From Tubiluchus corallicola (Eukaryota; Animalia; Priapulida), in the NCBI GenBank assembly GCA_030141605.1, contig JAQGDQ010000042.1, forward strand, positions 620,001 to 684,000: a stretch of 64,000 nucleotides of DNA. The letters run 5' to 3'. Positions 53,608 to 64,000 of the stretch are shown in pieces. The number at the start of each line of letters is the position of its first letter. Position 1 is the stretch's first letter. Made by a program: the position numbers and the translations under genes. Below the pieces are notes generated by a model. The model was not told the origin of the DNA. It saw nothing but the letters and a program-made list of their open reading frames with translations, and did no database searches.

Positions 53608-56600
53608 ATGGCTGCTGCTCCAAGCTACAGACCACGGTGCTTCTTTGACGTAGACATCGATAACAGTTCTGGTAAGCCCAAATTGAGACGTGTTACATTT
53701 TAAAAGTTTTATCATTTTGATTTATACATTTTAGAATTTATTGCACTTTCAGGTGACATATTTATGGTGGAAGTACTGGCAAAATCAACAGTCTATATCA
53801 GCTAAATAAAAATTCTGTATACTGATTGAACATTGCTTGAAAATTACTAAATATCAGTGATCCTTTAGACACAATAATAATTGCAAACAACATTATAATT
53901 GACTGTACTTCAGAAGCACAGAAAGAGGGTTATTTCCTCATGTTCTGGTGATGACAGTGAAATCTGACATGTAAAAAACAGTTTTTTTCGAATAACTTTC
54001 TTACAGCGTTGTAGGAATAATTTATCGTATCCTCTAGTCATACTTTAAGTCAGACTTAAGCTACCATTAACAAAATTTTAATCAGTCAACCCCAGATTGG
54101 TTGTTGGTTTAAACTGTCTTGAAGACCGTAATCAAATTAGTTATAATGCACTTGGGTTGTGTTGAATCTAATTTTAAAACTGCACACTCATGTGCATACC
54201 CATTTTTTGTAAACTTTCCAACCAAAGAGCAAGAAAACCTTGTTGCGTTTTTTCGTTAAAGTTGTTAGTTGTGCTTATGTGTGCTAAAGAACTTGTACTG
54301 TTTAGCATAAAATGAAAAGAAATAATTAGTTGTCATGACATGTGCGTAACAACCAGTGTTAACCAACATTAATACATGGTCTGTGAGTAAATAGGTGACC
54401 ACCTGGAAAACTGCCTCTAGTTGCTTTCATCTTTTATACTACGCCCCCTCCGCTCGTTTATGGTTTGAGTTAGAACTATTTGCAGCTGAATGTTGCAAAA
54501 TCATCTCTGTTAATTTACTGTTTCATCTTAGAGAATTATCTTTCATGAGAGAAATGCCGGTCCTGTCTGCATTAATTAGGCCTGCCACGAAGTGCTAGGT
54601 CCCGTTTTCGAGAGTACCAACTTCTGTGCAAAATTAAAATGATTTCATGTTCTAGATACTTTTATTGCATGGAGTATTAAAATATATATTTTTATATAAT
54701 TATTATTTTATTATATTATCCCTGTATGGCATATTGGCACTTTGCTTTTCCTCCATGATTTTACAAAGCATCCCACTTTTCAGTTATGGTTAGCCATTTA
54801 ATTGTCATGTATGCAAGTACTGTAATTAAACCTGTAAAAGAGTATAACTTATTAAACTTAATATAGGTATTTTATGATAATGTTACGTTTTTATTGCTTT
54901 ACTACTTTTAATTTCTTTTCAGCTGGCCGAATCACTTTTGAACTTTTCTCTGATATTTGCCCTAAAACGTGCGAGAATTTTCGTGCATTATGTACGGGTA
55001 AGTTAACTCATGCTATCAATGTAGGCTTTTTACCGGATTGACCGATTGATAATTATGTAGATGAACACATAATTTCATGGATTTGTTATAATCTTTCTTA
55101 AAAATGAACAACATCTTGCGTTTCCAATCAAATGACGAAGTTATTTTGCTTTTATTTGATATTTAGAAGTGCTTTGATGTGGTTAGATTTCGTTGATACA
55201 ATGGGATTTTACAAAAAATTGTCTTGTGATGCCTGAGGCAAGATTTTTCCAGTACAAAAAGGCAAAATATTTAATTGTCTGTTTCGGCTTTCACAGTCAA
55301 TTCAACATGTCAGTCTCAGATCTCAATATCTGCTTTAAATTGAATCAACAGTAATGCATATTTTTATTACATTGAAAACTGGAAGACTAGAGATGTAGTT
55401 TCACGATTTAATTAAAAAATGTAATGTAATTAATAATCATGCAGAATGATTTTGCAGTCATATAAATTAGTAACAATTGGGAAGGGAGAGCACATACATT
55501 GTTGAACTCATATTCTAACACACTGCAAGAAATATTCTTTGACCTTTGTTATGAGTTGGAATTGGTTACACAAAACATGGTGACTAAACGGAGATGCATT
55601 TGCGACATTACTTCATTTTTATTGCCAGTAAACACACATTAACAAAAACAAAACATCAGGGCTGTCATCCTGAGCAGCCGACATTACTTCCACCTCAATA
55701 ACAACTCCCTAACTAGGTCAAAAGCAAGTACAGAACACAGGTGAGAAGCCAACCTGACGCTTAAATTAAAATCGGCAGGCGGGTCATAACATCTCACCCC
55801 CCATAAGAAAAAAAACAGTTTTTTGTTTAGGTTTACTTTAAACAGTATCTTGATAAGGTGTCCGCTAACACATTGTCTTTACCCTTGACATGTACAATAA
55901 CTAAATCATACTGTTGGAGGAACAGACTCCATCGCAATAAACGTTGATTCTTATTTCTGAATCTGTGTAAAAATGTCAATGGATTATGGTCCGTAAATAC
56001 AACAGTGGGTGAGTGATTACAAGTAACATAAATCTCGAAATGTTGCATAGCCAAACTGTGTAAAGAACTTCAGCAAAGCATCAACTACTGCTGCAGTTGT
56101 CATCTCCTTTAAAGGTATAGCTTCTGGAAACCTCGTCGTCAGATCCATAATAGTAAGAAGATACTGATATCCTGACTTTGTTTTCGGCAGTGGTCCTACA
56201 CAGTCAATTAGGGTTCTGCTGGATGGTTCCTCAAATATTGGAAGTGGATTAAGTGGAGCTATAGGAATTTTCTGGTTTGGTTTGCCCACCATTTGGCACA
56301 CATGACAAGTTTTACAAAATTGAGAGACATCTTTTCTCAACTTTGGCCAAAAGAAGTGTTGTAAAATTTTATCCTGCGTCTTCTTAACACCTGCGTGTCC
56401 GGCTAATGGCAATTCATGGGCTATCTTCATTAGTTCTTTACGGTAACGTTGTGGTACTACAATTTGGTGGTGTACACGCCAATCTTCATCTGCAGGAGCA
56501 TCTGGTGGTCTCCACTTTCTCATGAGTACTTTAGACTGCATGTAGTAGCCTTCTGAAACATTGTCAATTTCCTCTTGTGACATGACTAGTGAAAAGAGCT

Positions 56601-59600
56601 TGTTAAGAGAAGGATCATTTGTCTGTGCCTTAATAAGTTCCTCTTGTTTCAGAGATAATGTTAGTGAATTTTCATCCATCTGTTCGGCAAACGTGTGGCT
56701 TAAAGCCGTCGAACCACTTTGGTTCTCTCTTGGGAAGGTAGACGGTGGTGAACTATCTTTGTCATCCACTTGTTCTGAGCTGCTGTCTTCGTTAGTCTGA
56801 GCCTGTGATCTTGTTACAACACAAGCAGGAAAAATTCCAGGATGCATTTCTTCAAGAATTTCAGTTTCCGCATCCATTTTTGGCTCAGGAGTGACAATAG
56901 GTGTAGCGGTTATAACCTCATCCCCAGCAACATCATTGCCAAGTAATAGGGACACTCCATCTACTGGAATGTGAGAAACAATTCCTACTGTCACGGGACC
57001 TTTAACATAGTCCGAATTCAAGTTGATTCTGTGAAGTGGTACATCTATGTATCCTCCTTCAATACCTTGAATTAAAGCGCTAGCATTTGTATAAGAAGTT
57101 TCATCAAGAGGGATTACACGCTGTAATAATAGTGACTGAGCAGCTCCTGTGTCTCGTAAAATTGTAACAGGTTTAATTGTGTCCACAGACGACACTGGCG
57201 ACACTTCACCTGACGATAGGAAACTGCTATAGGTACCTTCTTTTGAAGAGTTGTGGGCAAAAGCAACTGGAGAGCCGGCTCGCTGCTTTTGTCGTAAGAG
57301 AATCCGACACTCTGATCTGAGATGCCCTTTCTTGCGGCAATATGCACATGTAGGCCCATCACGTGCATAGCCTCCTCCCGATGCATCTTTATTATCTTGG
57401 TGGCGGCCTCCTTTAGAGCTTACAGTTTCTGAATGAGCAGTTTTTTCTTTTTCTAGAAATTTGAAGCAGTCTGTTTTAACATGACCTTTTTTGTTACAAT
57501 AGGTGCACTGAACAGATTTAAAATTAGTTTTATTTGCTAATGAATAATCATCTGCCATAACAGCTGCTTTTTGCAAAGAGTCTACCTTTTGATTCTCCAA
57601 ATGCGTTTTGATCTGCATAGAGATACTGCTTTTAAAATCTTCCAGTAAAACCATTTGTCTTAGTTTTTCATAAGATTCCCCAACGTTTAATGAACGACAC
57701 CATCTATCTAACATAACTTCTTTATCTCTTGCAAACTCGACATAAGTTTGGTTTGACGCTTTCCGACTGTTCCTAAATCGTTGGCGATAGGCTTCTGGTA
57801 CTAATTCATATGCCTTTAGCACAGCGGATTTCAATTGTTCATAATTTGAACTCTGAGTGGAGGGTAGAGAAGAGTAAATCTCCTGTGCTTTACCTGTAAA
57901 ACTGCTTTGTAACAGTACAGGCCAATGAGCTTTTGGCCATTTGAGATTGTTGGCAATTTTCTCAAAAGTTAGAAAAAATATTTCAACATCCGTTTCACTA
58001 AATTTAGGTACAAGGCGAATGTTTTTTATAACATCAAAAGTTTGGTTATTGGCTTGCTGAGCCCCCAAATTAGTGGATGCTGTTAATAATTCCAGCTCTT
58101 TCATCTTAACGTTGTACTCCCAATCCCTTTGTCTTTCTTTGTCCTGATATTCCAACCTTAATTTTTCAAGTTCCATCCTTTCACGTTCGAGTGCAATTTT
58201 TGCTAACTCAAGTTCATTCCTATCTGTTCTAGTGGGAGTATGCACAGGAATATGAGGAGATTTACTAATTACAGATTTCTCCCCTTCACGTGGTCTAGCT
58301 GTTTTCAAAATTTCTGGGTTCCCGAGAATTTCAATAATTTTTGCTTTTCCAGCACTAGTGGGCAACTCAATATTCAGGTAATCGGCCAGGGTAAGTAAAT
58401 TGTCTTTTGTGAGTTTATCTAATCTGGGCAAAGTTACTAAGCCCCCTTTCCAAAACATTTCTGGCTCAAATGTCGCCATAGTTCAGTAATTAGTACAATT
58501 ACTACAATATAACTTTATGACACAAGCCTACCAACTAGCTACACAACGTACTGTACAATACTTAACTTTCAACAATACCGATTAGGCACCCCTTGGGCAA
58601 GTTATCCGTGGGGGAGCACACGTAAGCGTAACAATAGTAGTGCAATTAGCCTAGTAAAAGAAAGCGTTAGGTGATAATTAACAAGATTGCAAATTGTTCA
58701 CCAAACTGCTTTAAAACAAAATCAATGAGTCCAATAAATATCATCCGTTTTTTTTCCTTTACTACTGCAGTACTTGTGTGGAAATATCTCTGATCAATGC
58801 ACTGCTTGTCTAGCTGGCTTCCTCACGTGATACGAGTTTCGGTGTAGCTTGTACTAATCTGTAGATATACCTGCGGCGATTTGACAGTAGCCCCCGACCT
58901 ATACATACACGCTTGTATCCTCAAGGTCGTTATCCCTAGTCTAACGCAGCTACTTGGCTCAGTTCCAGCAAATACAGACGATTGTTACCCACAGTATTTT
59001 ATGCAGTATTCCCGCAAAGCAGAATGAAATTTGTCTCGTTTTTACCCAGAAATTCACAAAAGGATAATCCTGAATTCGAGTATAACGTTTGTCGAAACAT
59101 TATTCATAGTTTAGCAACAGAACTTCGTGACCTCTACACATTTCTCATGTACTTTAGAGATGCTTTATATTAGTATGAAGTTTGTATACTTCAGCTTGTT
59201 AGCAGCTTTTCTCAATAATTCGGAATTTTCCAATGAGCGAATATGCGAATATTTCCAGACACTGACAGACGAACAGACAGAAACAGTTCATACTTGATAT
59301 GATGATAAATCAGACGACGTCAAACAGTTACTGTGTAGAAAAATGAGCCGTAACTTACAGTTTCTCCATTGTCAGCTTTATTAACCGTCGAATCAAGCTT
59401 TAGCATCAACAGAAAAAAAATTCATCGTGACGTTGCACAGTAATTAAAACGAAAAGCGTCCAGACGAAATTCATTGCAACTCGTCGGTAGATTCATTCCG
59501 GCTTCGAGCCCCCACTTTGTTATGAGTTGGAATTGGTTACACAAAACATGGTGACTAAACGGAGATGCATTTGCGACATTACTTCATTTTTATTGCCAGT

Positions 59601-62600
59601 AAACACACATTAACAAAAACAAAACATCAGGGCTGTCATCCTGAGCAGCCGACATTACTTCCACCTCAATAACAACTCCCTAACTAGGTCAAAAGCAAGT
59701 ACAGAACACAGGTGAGAAGCCAACCTGACGCTTAAATTAAAATCGGCAGGCGGGTCATAACACCTGCCATAATTTTACACAGTAACAAAGCAGCTTTTTT
59801 TATTTTAGGAGAAAAAGGCTTGGGACAAAAGACTGGGAAGCCATTGCATTATAAAGGTGTGATATTTCATCGAGTGGTCAAGGATTTCATGGTTCAGAGT
59901 GGTGATTTTTCTGCAGGTAAAGATCTTACACACCTATCATCAACATGCCTGGTTTCGTTTAAGCCTAGCCATCTTCATTTTGTGAAAATAGTTTCAATGA
60001 AAGTTCATTGTATGAATGCACTTGTACATTCACTAGAAGAAGAAACATTTTACTGTGTTACTTTTTAATAATGATAAAATAATATTTTGTATGTGTATAT
60101 ACATAGTAACTTTCATTATTTTAATAATAACTCCCCTGTTAGAATTAAAATTATAATTTTAGATTAACGTTTAGTTTTTGTAGTTATACGTGTTTTTGTG
60201 AATAATTTACATGCTGTTACAAAAGGTGAATGTTACATATGCATGCTTTACGTGTTTTATCTGTTTTTTGCAAAATTGGAATTTTGTTATTTTTTATTTT
60301 CATCTCAGCTAATGGCACTGGTGGAGAATCTATCTTTGGTGGAACATTTGAAGATGAATGTTTTGAAAGAAAGCACGATCGTCCAATGTTGCTATCAATG
60401 GCTAATAGAGGCAAGAATACGAACGGTTCGCAGTTCTTCATGTACGTTTTCTTTAATCTTGGTTGCAATTGTGTATTGTAACCTTCAATAGCTTATTTTG
60501 AAATAATGTATGCAGTAGTGTTTAACGATTGTAAGCTTAGTTTCAAGAGTATTGATTAATGATAGAATGAATGCAGAATCATTAAACTGTTCCAATGCAA
60601 AGAAGTATAAATATGGCTAAGCCAGGGGTTTGAACTAGAGACCTTTGTCGTAATTCCAAGAGCATGCAGCCTTTGTAACGTTGCTGATTTTACGTCAGTC
60701 TTAATAGTTGATCAACCAATGGAGGCTGGTACCTAGTCACTTAACAACAGGTTATACTTATTATGTTGATCCTTGTAGCAGAACTGAAAGCTAACTAATC
60801 ACCCGGGAATAATCTTATGAGGTACTGAACATGGCAGAGGTGTTGCTGGACAAATCACAAACTTTTTTTCAATAGGGGAAACAGCTGGAGGCTGTATGGC
60901 AGTTGAAACCACTGTGTATCATGATTGAAGGACGTTGCTATCAAATTTGTGTTCTTGTGAAAATATTAGTATGATATCCATGCAAGAAAGAGCCATATTA
61001 GCCAGTAGTAATGTATACAATAGAAACCTCAGCTTTTTTAATTTTGGTTTAGTTTTTTTAACTTTGATTTTTAGCTCATTGGGTCATTTTAATCGTAGCT
61101 GCCTCTTTTGTCATTTTCTTGTAATCGTACATGACAAATTTGATTTTTTTATTTTTTATGTAGCACTACAAAACCAGCGCCACACTTAGATGGGTGAGTA
61201 TAAATAATTGCACGTCTTAAGAAATTGTTTGCCGTAAATTATTGTTGTAAGAAATTTGGGTTACTTCTTGAAAAAAGCTGAGTTTGTGTTTGAAATGGGC
61301 AGTGGAAAAAGCTAATTTTAAAACAGACAAATTTTTCTTTTTGTTTATCTTCTAATAGTAGTTATATTTATTTAATAGGTGTTGATCTGACTATGAGTTT
61401 TGTTAATTTGTTAATTTAGTTGTATATTGACAACTAAAAGGATGCAGTGACAGTACTGTCATTTCTATAGACTACAGGAAAATAAACCCCAATGAAATTA
61501 TATATTTGTAACAATTATACTTTCGTCATTTTATTAAAATCATAAATTTTTAATGATCTGCCATTTTTGATAAATTAGCCCCAATAAAGAGTAGATGTGC
61601 TAGACATAAGATGTGAAAGAAATTAGCATTAAGAATCATTTTAAAGTCTGTGCTAGATTGCATGGATTTTTCTTTTGTTTGTTATAGAATTGTACTTTTG
61701 TGCTTATATTAAAGGCCTATATAACCGTAACAGACTTTGAAGTTTTTGAAATGCATTGTTGTGATTACACTAAGAATTCATAGTTATTATTAGACAAAAG
61801 AGACTTATAAATTAAATAGCTTACCTTTTTATTGCAAACTTCGAATGCGTGCATGTTTCGCATCTTTGGCACGAGTGAGACGAGAATGAAGCACCAGGTA
61901 CAGAAAGCGCCTTTGGGTACCAATGTTTGTTTACGGATCTTGGGTGACCTCATGACTGTACTAATAACGTCATTCATCTCGCGCAACGAAAACTGGCAGT
62001 TCTTCAAATTTAATAATAACGAAAGGATAAAAAATCTAAAGAAACAAGTTTTGCAGTATGTTTGTAATAAAATAAATTGAATATTCACAATGACAGTAGG
62101 ATTTTAAGTTGTAAAAGCCTATACTGTCGTGAGGGTTTTTAATATTGAATTTATCAGTGCATTACAGGTGCTATCTTTCTTTCATCAAAGGCAATTTCGG
62201 ACCCAGTTTTGAGTTTATAAAATACTTGGCTGGTTTATTTGTTGTTCTTTTTTCTCATAGAGTGCATGTAGTATTTGGTCATGTGATTACTGGAGCAGAA
62301 GTTGTCACACAGATAGAGAATCTTCCTACAGATGGTAACAGCCGACCTACGGCAGATGTGAAAATCGCTAATTGTGGTGAACTGGTGCTTCAGTTGAAAC
62401 CAAAGACGAAAAGTATTATATTATTACATATAGTAGTAGTTGCAGTATGTATTATGTAGTGCTCAAAGTGTGGATGTTAAACGATACAAATTTTCCGATC
62501 CGATATGATACTTTTTTCCAATAATGTGATAATGATAAACTATTCTTTAGACGACACGATGAATTATTTCGAACAATAAAAATGATAGTGAAGTTGGACA

Positions 62601-63729
62601 GTTTGTACAACAACAGAAAAGTATCATTAATATTTAAAATTATTAAGTGAATCACTCCGTTCAGTGCTTTATACTTAAATGGCTGCTAGTTGTGAAACAC
62701 AAGTTTGTGACAGGTAAACATATTACTGCGATAAAAATATTTATCTATGCGAGCTGCACATGACAGGGAAAGTGACACTGAAAACACGGTATAGTATTTT
62801 TGACAGCTGCGCATCAGTATCAAAGTGTATAAAGGGGCTTCTGTACTTTGTCGGAATGATTCAGAATGAATGCCAGGTGAAAGTACAAGAAAATGATTCC
62901 GCATCTGACAAGCTTTTAATTTCAAATAATTCTTATCCATTTTTTTGCAAAATTATTGTAAATAAATAGAAAAGTGTAGCGATTTTATAAAGGTAAGCGA
63001 TAAACAAGGATACGTGTCAAATTCGATATGATAACGATATTCCTAAAATAATATTGATACAATAATCAATAATTACTAATACGTGTCGTTATCGTTAACA
63101 TCTTTAGCTCAAAGTACGCCCTTAGAATTATTGTGATTTTTACGTACTAATGGTTCAGGGGAAAAGCAGTTAGCTTTCAATTGTAACCTAAAAGATCTGT
63201 GTCTGTTAACCTATAACTGATCACATAACTATGTAATTTGTAAAGTGTGAATATTAACTGGGCAATGTAGCTGTTGTCAAAACTTGGTTGCATGAAGAGT
63301 GATAACATATAGTTTAAAATGGTTGATCATGATTAAATTTGATTATATTTTTTCAAAAAATTGGCATGTTTTGTGTGTGAATTAGCATATACACTTATTC
63401 ACATATAATATACATAATATATAATATAATATATTCGCTTAGGAAATTTTGATTTAGGCTTATATCTCCACAGTATTTCATGTTGTTAGTTTCCATTAAC
63501 ATTCTTTCGTGATAACTATCCTTCTGATGTTATGCTAACTAGTTATGCTTTATCCCTAAAAACCACAATTTATTTATCATTTGTTTTTAGAGAAGAAGCA
63601 AACTGTTGAAACTAGTGACAGTGAAAACGAGAGTAGCAGTGATGATGCAGATGCTGAAAAGAAGAAAGAAAAGTCCAGATCAAAGAAAAAGAAAAAGGAA
63701 AAGCAGAAGGAACAGAAGTCGTCTGAGAG
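53608..63729 (+). CDS. PPIG: Cyclophilin G / NKTR-type peptidyl-prolyl isomerase, first 7 coding exons (continues beyond window)
   Basis: Exons 53608-53671, 54923-54997, 59809-59916, 60309-60441, 61164-61193, 62261-62412, 63591-63729: [77 protein letters not shown], followed by a Ser/acidic/Lys-rich tract. PPIG versus NKTR cannot be resolved by eye. Confidence 0.9.
55833..56054 (-). pseudogene. C-terminal fragment of gypsy RNase H
   Basis: [10 protein letters not shown]...[11 protein letters not shown]...[34 protein letters not shown], out of frame with the upstream ORF. Confidence 0.9.
56017..58479 (-). CDS. Gag (SCAN-like capsid, 2 CCHC knuckles) - protease - truncated integrase polyprotein
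   Basis: 820-aa ORF: [48 protein letters not shown] protease, HELPLAGH...[23 protein letters not shown]; no reverse transcriptase motifs. Confidence 0.92.
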   Translation of the reverse strand: MATFEPEMFWKGGLVTLPRLDKLTKDNLLTLADYLNIELPTSAGKAKIIEILGNPEILKTARPREGEKSVISKSPHIPVHTPTRTDRNELELAKIALERERMELEKLRLEYQDKERQRDWEYNVKMKELELLTASTNLGAQQANNQTFDVIKNIRLVPKFSETDVEIFFLTFEKIANNLKWPKAHWPVLLQSSFTGKAQEIYSSLPSTQSSNYEQLKSAVLKAYELVPEAYRQRFRNSRKASNQTYVEFARDKEVMLDRWCRSLNVGESYEKLRQMVLLEDFKSSISMQIKTHLENQKVDSLQKAAVMADDYSLANKTNFKSVQCTYCNKKGHVKTDCFKFLEKEKTAHSETVSSKGGRHQDNKDASGGGYARDGPTCAYCRKKGHLRSECRILLRQKQRAGSPVAFAHNSSKEGTYSSFLSSGEVSPVSSVDTIKPVTILRDTGAAQSLLLQRVIPLDETSYTNASALIQGIEGGYIDVPLHRINLNSDYVKGPVTVGIVSHIPVDGVSLLLGNDVAGDEVITATPIVTPEPKMDAETEILEEMHPGIFPACVVTRSQAQTNEDSSSEQVDDKDSSPPSTFPRENQSGSTALSHTFAEQMDENSLTLSLKQEELIKAQTNDPSLNKLFSLVMSQEEIDNVSEGYYMQSKVLMRKWRPPDAPADEDWRVHHQIVVPQRYRKELMKIAHELPLAGHAGVKKTQDKILQHFFWPKLRKDVSQFCKTCHVCQMVGKPNQKIPIAPLNPLPIFEEPSSRTLIDCVGPLPKTKSGYQYLLTIMDLTTRFPEAIPLKEMTTAAVVDALLKFFTQFGYATFRDLCYL
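61713..62140. mobile_element. TTAA-flanked MITE (Kolobok-like), family 2, long copy
   Basis: First ~120 bp and last ~110 bp match 46992-47276; extra internal segment. Confidence 0.68.
62470..63107. mobile_element. Degenerate hAT-like MITE
   Basis: Inverted termini GGATGTTAAACGATA / TATCGTTAACATCT and many subterminal CGATA repeats. Confidence 0.5.
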
Positions 63730-64000
63730 GTGACACCATTGTACTATCACTACTGTATACATATAATCATCAACTTATTACCTATGTGACTTATAACTAT
63801 TCAGCTTTACAACCGAACTGCAACTTAATTAATTAATTATACAAAGCCAACTATAACTTATATTTCTTTCTATTTTTAAGTGCATTAACTAACTTTAAAT
63901 TGTTATCTGTTTTGATAAATTAATCGTAGGCACTGCCATAATTAGTATGTGTAGACACACACATCATCTTCTGTGTAGGAGGGCACTGTTAAAATATATG

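Larger units (their letters stand above)
55547..59762 (-). mobile_element. Gmr1-like Ty3/gypsy LTR retrotransposon, internally deleted (non-autonomous), in a PPIG intron
   Basis: Identical 245-bp LTRs (55547-55791, 59518-59762; TGTTATGA...TCATAACA); PBS TGGGGGCTCG (tRNA-Pro-like) next to the 5' LTR; PPT ATGGGGGGTGAGA; flanks CCTT/CCTG (imperfect 4-bp TSD). Confidence 0.95.

Noticed and set aside
60615-60675. B-box-like sequence suggesting a tRNA gene
   Set aside because: No cloverleaf; at most a decayed SINE head. No true tRNA gene was identified in the window.
1-64000. CRISPR arrays, operons, hammerhead ribozymes
   Set aside because: Sequence is eukaryotic with spliceosomal introns; no repeat-spacer array seen; the CTGATGA hits I inspected lacked the stems and GAAA core, though a by-eye scan is not exhaustive.

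Overview
AT-rich, intron-containing animal (probably invertebrate) genomic DNA, not prokaryotic. From left to right: (1) a ~9-kb tandem duplication carrying two complete 8-exon CHMP5/Vps60 (ESCRT-III) genes, separated by a 5'-truncated BEL/Pao retrotransposon whose 3' LTR lies just upstream of copy 2; (2) a 15-exon SF3A1 gene on the minus strand, with a likely U12-type first intron and a 13.3-kb intron hosting two antisense genes with intronless coding regions (Rab32/38-like and TRMT10B-like); (3) head-to-head with SF3A1, the 5' part of a PPIG/NKTR-type cyclophilin gene, whose intron holds a very young, internally deleted Gmr1-like gypsy element (gag-PR-IN-[RT deleted]-RH, identical LTRs). MITEs, a solo LTR, SINE-like heads and microsatellites fill the introns. 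All exon boundaries and translations were read by eye; family assignments rest on recalled motifs, not database searches.
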